DNA of 40,780 nt. Source: Dimorphilus gyrociliatus (Eukaryota > Animalia > Annelida). The translations under genes and the position numbers were made by a program. How positions within the stretch are numbered: position 1 is the stretch's first letter; the number at the start of each line of letters is the position of its first letter. The stretch is taken from contig CAJFCJ010000104.1 in NCBI GenBank assembly GCA_904063045.1, positions 1 through 40,780 on the forward strand, in the 5' to 3' direction. Shown piece by piece: positions 25,501 through 37,270 of this stretch. The notes beneath the pieces were generated by a model that worked only from the letters and a program-made list of their open reading frames with translations, searched no databases and had not been told where the DNA came from.

Positions 25501-25974
25501 AAATATAGTTTGTTGAACTTGTTTAGCATTTTTTCCCTTCCTCTGTTATCATATAATCAGGTTCATTTCTTTGACTCCAAGCCATTGTTCTTAAAAAATG
25601 GTCATCTTTTGGAAAGTCCCAATGGAATTCTATCAAATACAATTGGAAATATATCAATTCCTCCTAAGAATAGACCAACAGTGACTACTGTTAAGCAAAT
25701 ATGAGAGCAAAGGGTAATTCCTGTGAAAGAAAAGGAAATAATTATAGTTAAATAGAACAGTATATCTTTAAAAAACAAAACACTCACCAAAAGTTAACTT
25801 TGGTTGATTCATTAAGAATTTGCATAATTTTAATGGTTCCCGATTAATTTCTTTATCAAGTTCTTTCTTAGAATCTAGAGCTTCCAAGCTATTATTCTCT
25901 ATCTTATTAGTCTCTTCAACATGAAATGAGTCAAGTTGTTCATCATCAAAAGTGGGATTAATTTCTCCCTCCAT
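22564..25974 (-). pseudogene. Dispatched-like RND transporter copy 3, frameshifted as assembled
   Basis: Same exons with multiple 1-nt insertions and deletions, and one substitution at ~22918 (silent in the Disp-like frame). Confidence 0.8.
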
Positions 25975-27590
25975 TATTTGATGCCAACTGAGCAAAAACC
26001 TCTCGATTGCACAATTATAAAAAACATTCCTTTTACCAGTTTTCGTAATGAAACAGAATTCATAAGTCACATAGAGGTAAAATTGAATCCGGCATTCCTT
26101 TTGCATTAATCATTTAGAGATTAGCATAACAATATGAAGAATGAAAGAAGTACAGTTACATAGAAAAAAATGAAAAAAAACCATAACAAGGCCTAAAATT
26201 GTGAAAAATATCAAAAATATAGTCATTTAACAAAACAAAAGGACTAGGCATTGTATTTGTGAAAAATTGTAAAAAACAGACAGCTGTCTGCTGTTTATTT
26301 TTTTATTTTGTCATCAGGAGTTGAATATTAGACCAATTCAGCTGCATTGGAAGTGTTTATTTGTGTGTAACTGTACTAAATGATTAATACTTCTTTCATT
26401 CTTCATATTGTTATGCTAATCTCTAAATCTCTAAAACATAACTTTTACCTTAGAGGTAAAATTGAATACGCATTCCTTTGCATTAATCATTTAGTACAGT
26501 TACAAGGTAAAAGTTTTTATAATTGTGCAATCGAGGGGTTTTTGTTAAGTTTAGTTATGAATTCCGTATACATATAATGGTGGAAGTTTAGAAAAAGTGT
26601 TATATCATAGAAATTATAATGGTGGAAGTTTAGAAAGACATTTATTTAGTAGAAATAGAGCCTAGAACTTTAAAAAGGCTTTTATTTTGTAGGAAACATA
26701 TTCCTTGACCAAAATTATCCCATTTACAGTTATCCAGAACTACATTAATTACTTGATGTAAATGGTGATTTATTAATGGACAATTATCTGAAAAAACCTC
26801 CTGAATTTTTCATATATTTAAAAAACTTTTATATTGATCTTTTATATTCAGATATTCTAACAATTTTTCTGGACTGTAAACCAGATAATTGTACAAAAGT
26901 CATAGTGTAATATAAAATCAGTATAAATTATAATTTTCAGATTCTCTTTACAAAAAAAAATATTTTAGTTTCAGAATCTTAAAGTCTACAACTTTCATTA
27001 GTGGAATATCCAAAGTTTGTTCTGTACAGAAGTCTGTTTTAATAGTTGTAGTTTTTAGTTTCATAACTTTCAACTGATTTTGAATTATTTCTTCATCATC
27101 ATCATATAAATTATCATCCAAACAATCATCTAATTATTGAGTTTTAGTTCTAAATTAGCAAGTTTAAACAACCAGTTAACAGTTAAAACTGAACTGCCAA
27201 ACTAGGGAAATGCATTTCCTTTTATACATTTACCAAAACTTGGGTTCACTTGGTCAAAAGATTATGAAGTTGAAATGTAACAGTCTCACAATGCACATAT
27301 AACAAAGACATGAAAAACTATTGCATCACTTCTGGCTAACATGTGTCACTGCAAAAACAAGCCTGCCTCTTTGGCATCTGTTTTTGAATAAGATGTAACA
27401 AGTTTGACATGCATTTTTTCTATATTGTTTGTTCCATTGTTAATTCTATAATGCAACATCTGTTTTTGGTCAAAGAATTATACTTTATGCGAACTAAAAG
27501 CCTTTTTAGAATTCAAAGCATCTAATTCCACTAAATAAGGTCTTTCTTTGGTTTGGGTTATTAATTCCATCAAAAAGTGGTTTTTTTCTA

Positions 27591-28089
27591 ATGTTTCACT
27601 ATTCTAATTCCTTTAAAATAAGATCTATCAAAAGTCTTTATATTATAATTCCAAAGTGCACAAAATGTAAAATTGAATACAATTCAATGGGACATATTTT
27701 GAGTACAGTTCATTTTCCATTTCATAATTTAAAATTTTGTGTAAATACTACTTGTAAAACTGGAGAATATCTATGTAAAAAGGATGATTATTGTATATCA
27801 ATTGAATTAGTTTGTGATGGAATTGTTCATTGTACTCTTGCAGATGATGAACAAAATTGTGGTATATATTTCCCCTAACTAGAATTTTAAAATTTGAAAA
27901 AATTTATCTTTATTGTTAATTCAACAGATAGATTATTTTGAACCAAAGGGATATTTTAAGTGTAGAAATGATCAATCATACATCACTCTGGATAAAGTAT
28001 TTGATGGAATTGTTAATTGTAGGGAAGGAAGTGATGAACTAAATTGCAAACTATACTTTAAATGTCCATCCATACGCAAATATGGAAGA
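27591..28089 (+). pseudogene. LDLa-repeat gene fragment (unit 4)
   Basis: Same sequence as 9030-9528. Confidence 0.75.
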
Positions 28090-28758
28090 TTTCTTAGAAT
28101 CTAGAGCTTCATACTATTATTCTCTATCTTATTAGTCTCTTCAACATGAAATGAGTCAAGTTGTTCATCATCTAAAGTGGGATTAATTTGTCCCTTCAAT
28201 CAAATTCCCAAATTATAACACACTTGATAAGATTCAATAAATTATAACCACCTAATAATACTTGAAACGGGGTTATAAAATTAATTTATCCTTAATGTCA
28301 TGGTTAAAAGCATGTTATACAATTTGAGTTTCAGTCAAAACTCTCCTACTTGGACCTCAAATTATTAAATTGGATTCTCAGTCACAAAAGCTTTGTCTCA
28401 TATAGCTTCTAGAAAATATTGTCTAGATGAGAAATCAGTCGAATGGTCTTTATGTTTAGAATTAGGATTTTGAAATAAATGAAGATTGCACTTTCAAACT
28501 TGAACTATTGAACAATGTGACATTACATGTTCTGAATGCAGAAAGAGATGTATTCTTTCACAAGATGAAATTTACAGTAATAGGTGTCTAAAAGTTAAGA
28601 GGATAATTTGAAAGACTTCACAATGCTTTCATCACACACAGTGCAAAAGAAAGGTGATAAGTATCATAGCTTTTAAAAATTTTTCTAAACTTCAGGTATA
28701 AAAGAATTCGAAATAAAATTAGAAAATATCTTTTGGTATGAGGAACTGATAACTTTTT

Positions 28759-31700
28759 CTACTGATTGCTACTCTGTTGTCTATTACATCTACTGATAAT
28801 CCATGAATAAACTGGTTTTAATGATCCAAAATTATTTTGCGGTCCAAACATACCCAGAATTGTAGAAAAAAAACCCAGAGCCCATACAATTGAAAAACCA
28901 ATAGTTGCAAACATAAAAGCTCCAAATTCAACAAAAAATAAAAGATCTCCCAATAACAAGAAAAATGAAGCTCCTAGTGTTGTACTAGCTCCAGAAAGAA
29001 CTGAAACACCGACTTGAGTCAACATATCTTTTACTCTTTCTTCTCTTGATTTGTAAACTGATCTGGAATAGCCTTCTGCTAAATGTACAATATAGTCCAC
29101 AGCCAATCCAACAACCAAAACGGAATTCAAAGATTCCATTAACCCTAGTTTCCAACCAGCTATTGGCAATACACCAATAACACAAACTGTAACACAAGCA
29201 ATAGTTATAGTAGCCAAAATGCCAACAAATATATTATGGGTTGCAACAATAAGAATAGGGCATGATAAACCAACTCCAATTGCAATGCCAGTAATAGCTG
29301 AACCTACCAATATCTGTAGAAATAAAGATATCACATGATATTTTAAAAATTAAATTAAAAAAAGTGTACAAACTCTTTGAACTGCCAACCAATGCCATAT
29401 AGATTTTCCACTATCTACCCTTTCAACATTCTCAATAGCTGTTTGCCAAACACCATTTAATTCATTTGGTAAATTTTCACTCTAATGAAAAAAAGGAAAC
29501 ATTTTAAAAATTATCTTTTCTTATCATCATTATCTTCATCATTTTCAAAAGTTACCTGTTTATTGATAAAATCCTCCCATTTATCCCTAATTTCTAAACC
29601 TTTAGTGTATCCTATTCTATTCCTTTCAATTGTTGTATTTACAATAATGGCAGCATATTTTAGCTTTGTTCCATAGACAATTGTCTCTAAATGTTTTTTA
29701 TAAGTGACACTTCCCTTTAACTTCTCTTCTCCTAAAAGTTCATTGAAGAGTGCAAAGTCAGTTGATCGTCTTGGAGGACTGGTACCAGGAGGTGGATTAG
29801 TTCCATTAAATAACCACCAATCCATAGCTAATTCAAAATGTTTGTTAACAGCTTCACCTTTCAATTTTCCTATATCCTTGTATAATCCACTATTATCATT
29901 AGCAAATATGTCATGGCTGGTTCTGACATCAAAAGGAATGCTGTGTTTATATGTCAAATTCAAGGCATCATTCTGAAACATTATTTATATGTTTTGATTT
30001 CTTAGAAAGAAATTAAAACTAAAAAACAAACTTTGTAAAATTCTATCATATTCTTCATAAAACACAACACTTCCGGTACATTTGTACTCTTATCCCTCTT
30101 TATGTACAAATCTTTGGTGTTTTCTTCTTTTAAATTATGTAATAGTTGACAGAATTCAAGAAATTTTTGTTGAGTTTTATTACTACTCAAATTAAAGTCA
30201 TTATCCCAATGTTGTTTTCCAGTACATTTAAAATCCGTATGATAACAATCAGATCTATCTTGTGGTTTTAGACCAAAAACAAGATAGATTTTAATGATAT
30301 TATCAGGATTTCCTTTATATTTTGTAGATGCATCAGCAAGGTATCGACCATAGTTACTGCTATCCTTTAAGAATTTTGTTTCTTCCTGATTTACTTTCAA
30401 AGTACTTGCAAAATAGACAAAAGCTGCAAAAAGTCCAGCAAAAAATGCAAGTATAAACCATCTTGCAATTCTATTTGTAATTAATTTAAAATATGGTCCA
30501 GAGAAGAATCTAACAATAATATTCTTCTTTTTAATATCATTACTATTATCTTTATCTTTTGGATTTTTTTTACAGCAACAGCAGCATTTAAATTTATCCC
30601 AGAAAGTTGCATAAGTAAAAACTACACAAGGAAGGAATATAATCACTGAAAGATAGTTAACTATCACCAAAATGGCGGAAAAAACACCAAATGTATAAAC
30701 AGTCATAAATGGGGAAGCTGCTGACACAATAAAGGCTATTGCAGTTGTAAGAGTGGTATAGAACATTGCAATTGATGCCTTTCTATAGCAATGGGACAAT
30801 CGATGCGCTATAGTGGGATATTTATGATAAGAAGTTTCTCTCCAAGTATCATAGAGAACAAAAACATTATCAGCTCCAATACCAAGAATGATAAATATGT
30901 CTAGAATATGAAAAACACCAAAATATGTAAAGCGTAAAACTCCGTAATAGATAAGATTTGTGATAAGAAAACTGCTAAAAATAGAATATACTGCCAAAAA
31001 TGTTATCCAGAATGATTGAGTTTGAATGAGCATAAATACAACAATAAAAAGCATAGAACCCACTGCCAAACTTAAATCTCTGAATACCATGCTTCGAATT
31101 TTAACATTAAGTAGAATAGGACAAAAATGATAAAATTCCATACCATTGACACCATTTTCAAAGTATTCATCTCCTTTTTCTGTTTGTTTGGATGAAAAAA
31201 TATAGAACAAAAAATCTTTAGACAGAGAATTTGAATTCAATTTTTAATGATCTTTACCTGCATAATCTTTCAATAAATCTTCATATCTTTTTGTCATTTC
31301 TAAATCTTCCTTATGCTCATCAATTTTGTCAAAACCTTTCAATGGTCCTCCTATATTTATTCTCAATCTGGTTCTTGATGAAAATGCTCTTTTTTCACTT
31401 ATTTCAGCATCTTTACTAAGGAAATACTCAAATTCAGAAGCTGTTTTTTGATCTTTACTAACTTTGTACAATATTTCAGTAATGTTGTCAAAATCTTTTG
31501 ATTTGGTGAAATATTGTAAAATTGACAAAGCAGGTGAACATTTCCCATTTAGGCCTATAAGGCAGAAATGTTCCTTGTAATTGTTGGTTGCCAAATATTC
31601 TTCTTGAACCTTTTTAATAGCTAGTAAATTTTCTTTTGTAAGGACATTTTTATCTCTGGAAACTCCGACAAAATTCAGTTCTATTGCATTATAAAATATA

Positions 31701-32169
31701 GTTTGTTGAACTTGTTTAGCATTTTTGTCCCTTCCTCTTGTTATCATATAATCAGGTTCATTTCTTTGACTCCAAGCCATTGTTCTTAAAAAATGGTCAT
31801 CTTTTGGAAAGTCCAATGGAATTCTATCAAATACAATTGGAAATATATCAATTCCTCCTAAGAATAGACCAACAGTGACTACTGTTAAGCAAATATGAGA
31901 GCAAAGGGTAATTCCTGTGAAAAGAAAAGGAAATAATTATAGTTAAATAGAACAGTATATCTTTAAAAAACAAAACACTCACCAAAAGTTAACTTTGGTT
32001 GATTCATTAAGAATCTGCATAATTTTAATGGTTCCCGATTAATTTCTTTATCAAGTTCTTTCTTAGAATCTAGAGCTTCCAAGCTATTATTCTCTATCTT
32101 ATTAGTCTCTTCAACATGAAATGAGTCAAGTTGTTCATCATCAAAAGTGGGATTAATTTCTCCCTCCAT
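28759..32169 (-). CDS. Dispatched-like / Patched-family 12-TM RND transporter with sterol-sensing domain, intact copy (1023 aa)
   Basis: Exons 32169-31983, 31914-31258, 31179-30032, 29972-29556, 29481-29374 and 29313-28759. GT-AG introns are 68/78/59/74/60 nt and the exons total 3072 nt in consistent phase. Topology is 1+5+1+5 TM with two extracellular domains. Motifs: DLSLAVGSMLFI, FIILGIGADNVFVLYDTW, MFYTTLTTAIAF, GWKLGLMES, VGLAVDYIVHLAEGY, SVLSGASTT. Orthology to DISP1/2/3 is not established. Confidence 0.92.
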
Positions 32170-32247
32170 TATTTGATGCCAACTGAACAAAAACCCCTTG
32201 ATTGCACAATTATAAAAAACATACCTTTTACCAGTTTTCATTACTAA

Positions 32248-32513
32248 ACGGAATTCATAACTAAACTTAACAAAAACCCCTCGATTGCACAATTATAAAA
32301 ACTTTTACCTTGTAACTGTACTAAATGATTAATACTTCTTTCATTCTTCATATTGTTATGCTAATCTCTAAATCTCTAAAACATAACTTTTACCTTAGAG
32401 GTAAAATTGAATACGCATTCCTTTTGCATTAATCATTTAGTACAGTTACAAGGTAAAAGTTTTTATAATTGTGCAATCGAGGGGTTTTTGTTAAGTTTAG
32501 TTATGAATTCCGT
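32248..32513. repeat. Perfect 86-bp inverted repeat with a 94-bp loop
   Basis: 32248-32333 is the exact reverse complement of 32428-32513. Confidence 0.9.
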
Positions 32514-32639
32514 ATACATATAATGGTGGAAGTTTAGAAAAAGTGTTATATCATAGAAATTATAATGGTGGAAGTTTAGAAAGACATTTATTTAGTAGAA
32601 ATAGAGCCTAGAACTTTAAAAAGGCTTTTATTTTGTAGG

Positions 32640-33345
32640 AAACATATTCCTTGACCAAAATTATCCCATTTACAGTTATCCAGAACTACATTAATTACTT
32701 GATGTAAATGGTGATTTATTAATGGACAATTATCTGAAAAAACCTCCTGAATTTTTCATATATTTAAAAAACTTTTATATTGAAAATTTTCTTTTTGAAA
32801 ATCACTTTCTTACATCATATGTTCTGACAATTATAATTGGCCAATTTGGAGTTGTGAGCTCTCCAGATAGTTTACAAATAGCTATGCCTATATTTATATA
32901 ATCTTCTGTTATTTTAAATTTCAGTATTAAGAATCCAAATGTTTTTGATTTGATGAGATAATTTTCATAGAAATCCAAAAAGAATTTCTCTTTATAGATT
33001 GAAGGAAATGTTTCACCTGTACTATCTAAATAATACTCTATATAATCAAAGAACTTTTGAATAATGTAGAAAATGGCCACAATCAACCTTGACCTATCAT
33101 ATCAAAGTCTTAACAACATGATTTTTATGGCAACTTTCAAAGATGAATTTTTTATAAACTGTTTACCATTTAATTCATTAAATTCACAAAAGAACTTCTT
33201 TATTCCTTTAAATGACTCCATTTTTTTAATGGTAAAATTTGTAAGATATTTATCCTCAAATATAAGTGGATATCAGAACAAAGTTCAGTCACAGCAATCC
33301 AGAAACCTTTTTCAAAATTTAAGAAACTGTCTCAGCTTTATTTAG
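32640..33345 (-). pseudogene. Inverted paralogous fragment of the SRCR/CTLD/LDLa gene at 37859-40780
   Basis: ORF 32802-33086 (-) parallels ORF 38847-39134 (+), with YLIKSKTFG..GIAICKLSGEL.TPN.PIIIVRTYDVRK shared. DNA similarity spans the equivalent of ~38700-39290. Confidence 0.8.
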
Positions 33346-33489
33346 GGAATTTTTAAGATGGTTAAATAAAGATTGTGCTACTTTTAATAATTATAATTGG
33401 TAGTATACCTTTAGGACTTCTAAATAATATTTTCCTTTTTTACCAGTAATCAAAATAAACTCCAAGGGAATTTGATGATATTTTCAATT

Positions 33490-34387
33490 TAAAAAAAAAA
33501 AAAACCATGGATAGAAAACAGTTCGTAGAATGGAGTTTATCAACTTTCAATGTTTCATCAATATACCATACTTGATACTTTGTACTGAAAACTATATTTC
33601 TATGGTTTTTTCTTTTAATATCTCTCAGTAAAAACTCTTTTGGTATTTCACTCATGTTTAGTTCAAAAAGAAGTCTTTGGGATGTTTTGGTCTAGGGTTT
33701 TCCTTTTATTTATTGGCTTTGTTATACTTTCACATAAAATTTTATTCATCTTTGGGAATAGATTAAATCAAGATGAAGGGACTCATCTTCACAAAGAAGG
33801 GGGAAGTTGTACAACTTTGGTTATATTTTACATGCTTGAACTCTATTATTTTATGCAACTTATACATGTACATCTTAAAACATTGGCCAAACATAAGTCT
33901 GATTAGTCAGCTTGAAGGCTCATCTTTAATTACCAATAAAGGTTTGGCCAAGTTATAATTCAATTAACCTTCCTAAATGTTCAACCTTGTAACATCCTCT
34001 TACTAAACAACTGTAAAGTGATGATTGGATGTCAGAGGCAAACCTCAAAGGATATATATCCTCACTATTCTCATTCTGCATCTGGATCCAAGGACCTGGG
34101 AAGATAACCTGGAAACAACCTCCACTGGAACCATCCATCTACTCCTCAACATTGGAAGACAGTTTGGTAATTTGGCAACCTGCTATTATGAACTATCTAC
34201 TCTGCTATCGAACTCTCATATTGTTACTTGCATAAGTATTATTATTGCGAATAAACCATTTTAATTTAAACATTTGTTTAAAGGTTCGAGTAGAACCAGT
34301 ATTGTTATAACTTGCAAACGCATAGATTTCGCCAGCAAGAGCAGTACAATATATTGTAAATGTATGGGAAATGGATGCGATAGAAAA
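33490..34387 (-). mobile_element. MULE transposase relic; right arm of the 864-bp inverted repeat
   Basis: ORF 33440-33655 reads EIPKEFLLRDIKRKNHRNIVFSTKYQVWYIDETLKV. 33525-34387 is the reverse complement of 6259-7122 with scattered substitutions. Confidence 0.75.
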
Positions 34388-34560
34388 CATCCACAAATGA
34401 GTGCTTTTACCCTAACCCTAACCCAGCCCTTGGCTGTATCTAACTTTTTCCATTACCCCTAAGCCTTAGAGGAGACTCTGCTGAGTACAAATCAGTTGCT
34501 GTCTTCTTGTTCCTAACCATTTCTTAATCCAAAATCTAATCTTGAAATTTGTCATTTGTG
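34382..34560. repeat. Dispersed CCTAAC-containing repeat (copy 2), abutting the MULE relic
   Basis: Homologous to 2935-3115. Confidence 0.7.
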
Positions 34561-34599
34561 AATGTTTTCTGTTGATCCCATGAGAAATATATATTAGGT

Positions 34600-34730
34600 A
34601 GGATTGTGATATTGTAGATGTTTTGCTGTAATTTTAGAATGATCTTACCAATACTACTGATACTTTCCATATATATTTCTTAATCTGTAAGCTTTCATTG
34701 TGCAAACTTTCATTTGGTTCTGTGTAGCAA
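34600..34730. repeat. Dispersed ~130-bp segment, inverted copy of 37440-37555
   Basis: aagtttgcacaatgaaagcttacagattaag...ttctaaaattacagcaaaacatct is shared in opposite orientation. Confidence 0.65.
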
Positions 34731-34944
34731 CTATAAAATTTTTTTTGTCAAAGCAACTGCAAGTCATGCCTACATGTTGTCATCAATGAAAAATTATTGC
34801 ATTTTTAGTCCATGAAAAAGCTTTTCAAAGACACTAATCAGAAAGTCGTCATATTTATACTTTTGAACAATTGTTTACAATGATGTTGTCATGCTCTTGC
34901 TGGCAATGAGGTAAATTAAAAATTTAAGATTGTCTTTAAAAAAA

Positions 34945-35455
34945 GCAATTTTTTAGTTGCAGAATCTTAAAATCTTTTAATAACTATTTTTCATTTTGTA
35001 TTAAATGTTTTTTTATTGACAAAATGTGTAAGAAATAATATTGAAAATTTTAAAAATCTCTTTCATTGACATAGCCTTGACTTTAAACAGTTCTCTTTGC
35101 TGCAACATTTTCCAATCATCAACAGTTATATCAAATTTTATCTAGAAACAAACAAAATAATTTTTTGGTCAGTTTGCGAAATAATACAAATGTTAGTTTA
35201 TGTTTCAGGACACAATTTTTCAAAAGAAATTTTTATGAAGATGATGTAAATTCAAAACATTTTTTGTTCTTTGTGGATAAATATCTTAAAAATTTTACAA
35301 TTAAAAAAATGGAGTCATTTAAAGGAATAAAGAAATTTTTATGTGAATTTAATGAATTAAATGGTAAACAGTTTATAAAAAATTCATCTTTGAAAGTGTC
35401 CATAAAAATCATGTTATTAAGACTTTAGTATGATAGGTCAAGGTTGATTGTGGCC
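34945..35455 (+). pseudogene. Direct duplicate fragment of 38350-38860 (exon block of the SRCR/CTLD gene)
   Basis: ORFs MVSLRNNTNVSLCFRTQFF (35165) and MVSLRNSTNVSLCSRTQFF (38569) match, and long identical DNA stretches are shared. Confidence 0.85.
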
Positions 35456-35869
35456 AGCTGGAAGAAAAGGTGATACCAAAACTGGATAATAATAAGCAAA
35501 GTTAAATAAATTTACGTTTTTACACCTTTTCAGGTATGATGAAAGATTGAACATATAGTTCTACTTTTCTTCAAAATTATTGGAAAATATTCTTTGAATA
35601 TCCATTCTTCCCATACCCAAATATATTGGATGAAATTCAGAAAACTGTTGAATGTTTTTGAAAAATGAACTTTTTAATACTTTAATTATCTTCATCTTTG
35701 TTGCTTTTAGAACATGTGACATTTGAATTATAAAAAATATAATATGTCTTCATATTTTATATTTATTGTTGAGTTTGTTACTAGAAATATTGATGATATG
35801 TATGAGAAGCTTTCAATTCATAATTGTTTAGATACCTTTTATGTTGCAACATGATTATTTTACAACATA

Positions 35870-36273
35870 AAAATGCAAGACTGTACCAGTCCGTACACAG
35901 CTGATTTTATCAGAAATCAGGGATAGTCTGTCCACATCCCCCATAAAGCCCTGATTTGGCCCCATCTGATTTTTACCTGTTTGGACAACTGAAAGATCAA
36001 ATCAGGGGAGTTGATTACAAAAATTTGGATGAGCTAAAAAAAGACATAAGGAAATTTTTGAGGAGAAAACCATCCTCTTTTTATCAGAATGAGATAGATC
36101 TATTTCCACCCAAATGGCAGACATGTATAAACAATGGGGGACTATTAAAGAATGAAATAGTTAATTTTTATAGGCTAGACTATAGGCTATAATATAAAAA
36201 AGAAATTATTAAAATAACTTAACTATTATAGATAAAAGTACAAAATGTGTAATACTTTCAGATCATACCTAAT
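35870..36273 (+). mobile_element. Mariner transposase 3' relic with a probable terminal inverted repeat
   Basis: SPDLAPSDFYLFGQLKDQIRGVDYKNLDELKKDIRKFL...FYQNEIDLFPPKWQTCINNGG is a canonical mariner C-terminus. 36242-36273 reverse-complements to attaggtatgatctgaaagtattacacatttt, resembling TTAGGT-type mariner TIRs. Confidence 0.85.
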
Positions 36274-36339
36274 CATATCAAGAGCTTACAAATATGGATT
36301 AAAAGGTGTAATTTTGTTTTTAAAGTATTCAATAATTAC

Positions 36340-37030
36340 ATTTTCTGTACATGCTTTTTTGTCTGCAGGAAATTCAAAGAATGACTGTTTATCCAATGCC
36401 CCAGGATGTAGTTGTTGATTTTGAGAAAGGACTGTGGAAAGCTCTGAAATCTATTTATTCAGCAGTATCCATAAGACAGTGTGCATTTCATTGGAGCCAA
36501 ACTGTGTATAGAAAGATTCAGGTAAGAAGAATGTTTTAATCTAAGTACAAACTAAATGTACCAGATTTACTTTTAGAATTTGGGATACATTAAAGATTAT
36601 CAATCAAATATGAATAATAGGAGGACAACATTAAGCAAGATATTAGCATTGCCTTTCCTTTCTTCTTTTACCCTACCAACAATGTTCAATTTAATTGAGA
36701 ATGAAATGAAAACAGCAAATAGATATTCTGATTTGGAAGATAATGTCAGATCTCAATGGATTGAAAATTCAATTTGGCAACTTCAACAATGGTCCGTAAT
36801 TGGTTTTAGTATCAGAAAAAACAATGAAGTTGAAGCTTGGCACAGAAGGTTGAACAGTAAGACCTTAATAAAAGGCTCTTTTTTTGACCAATTGGTAGAT
36901 GAATTAAATAAGAAAGCTTATTTATTATTGAGGATTATAAAAAACTCTTGTCTGAAAAAAAGTTAAAAAACCATCAAAAGAAAGAATGTCTGAAATTCCA
37001 GGTTAAAATATTCAATTTTGGGACAATTAG
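36340..37030 (+). mobile_element. MULE transposase C-terminal relic
   Basis: VVVDFEKGLWKALKSIYSAVSIRQCAFHWSQTVYRKIQ, then ILALPFL, then QWSVIGFSIRKNNEVEAWHRRLNSK, matching the MULE DFE / CxFH / TNN.EGWH motifs. It is disrupted. Confidence 0.85.
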
Positions 37031-37099
37031 GATTTGGGATTAACAACAGCTGTGCACTTAGATATAATGATATATCAATATTTAGACTTTAGATATAAA

Positions 37100-37270
37100 C
37101 ATACATTAGAAAGACTTCTATTTCATAGGAATTACAATGGTGCAACTATAGAAATACTTCTTTTTCGTAAGAATAATAATGGTGCAACTTTAGAAAGACT
37201 TTTATCTTGTAGAGTTAGCTTTTAGTACTTTAGAAAGAACTCTATTTTGTAGGCTATAGACTCTTTGACC
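37100..37270. repeat. 42-bp-period degenerate minisatellite just downstream of the MULE relic
   Basis: The t(t/a)tagaaa core occurs at spacings of 42, 42 and 40 bp, and aatggtgcaact is repeated. Confidence 0.75.

Larger units (their letters stand above)
7813..32783. repeat. Tandem array of four ~6.19-kb units plus a terminal 464-bp repeat
   Basis: Units start at 7813, 13995, 20185 and 26375, and the terminal repeat starts at 32320. Identical ORFs recur at 10198/16379/22564/28759. Confidence 0.98.

Noticed and set aside
10424-25704. Short recurring ORFs overlapping or antisense to the transporter gene (e.g. MCYSLCYW, MTLPFNFSS, MNSIFNDL)
   Set aside because: Shadow frames of the real CDS, repeated because of the array.
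30001-30031. Apparent 31-nt intron
   Set aside because: That acceptor leads to an immediate stop. The acceptor at 29973-29974 gives a 59-nt intron and keeps the frame.
28759-32169. Bacterial RND efflux pump or horizontal transfer
   Set aside because: Five spliceosomal introns, host-like composition and animal Dispatched/Patched-type motifs.
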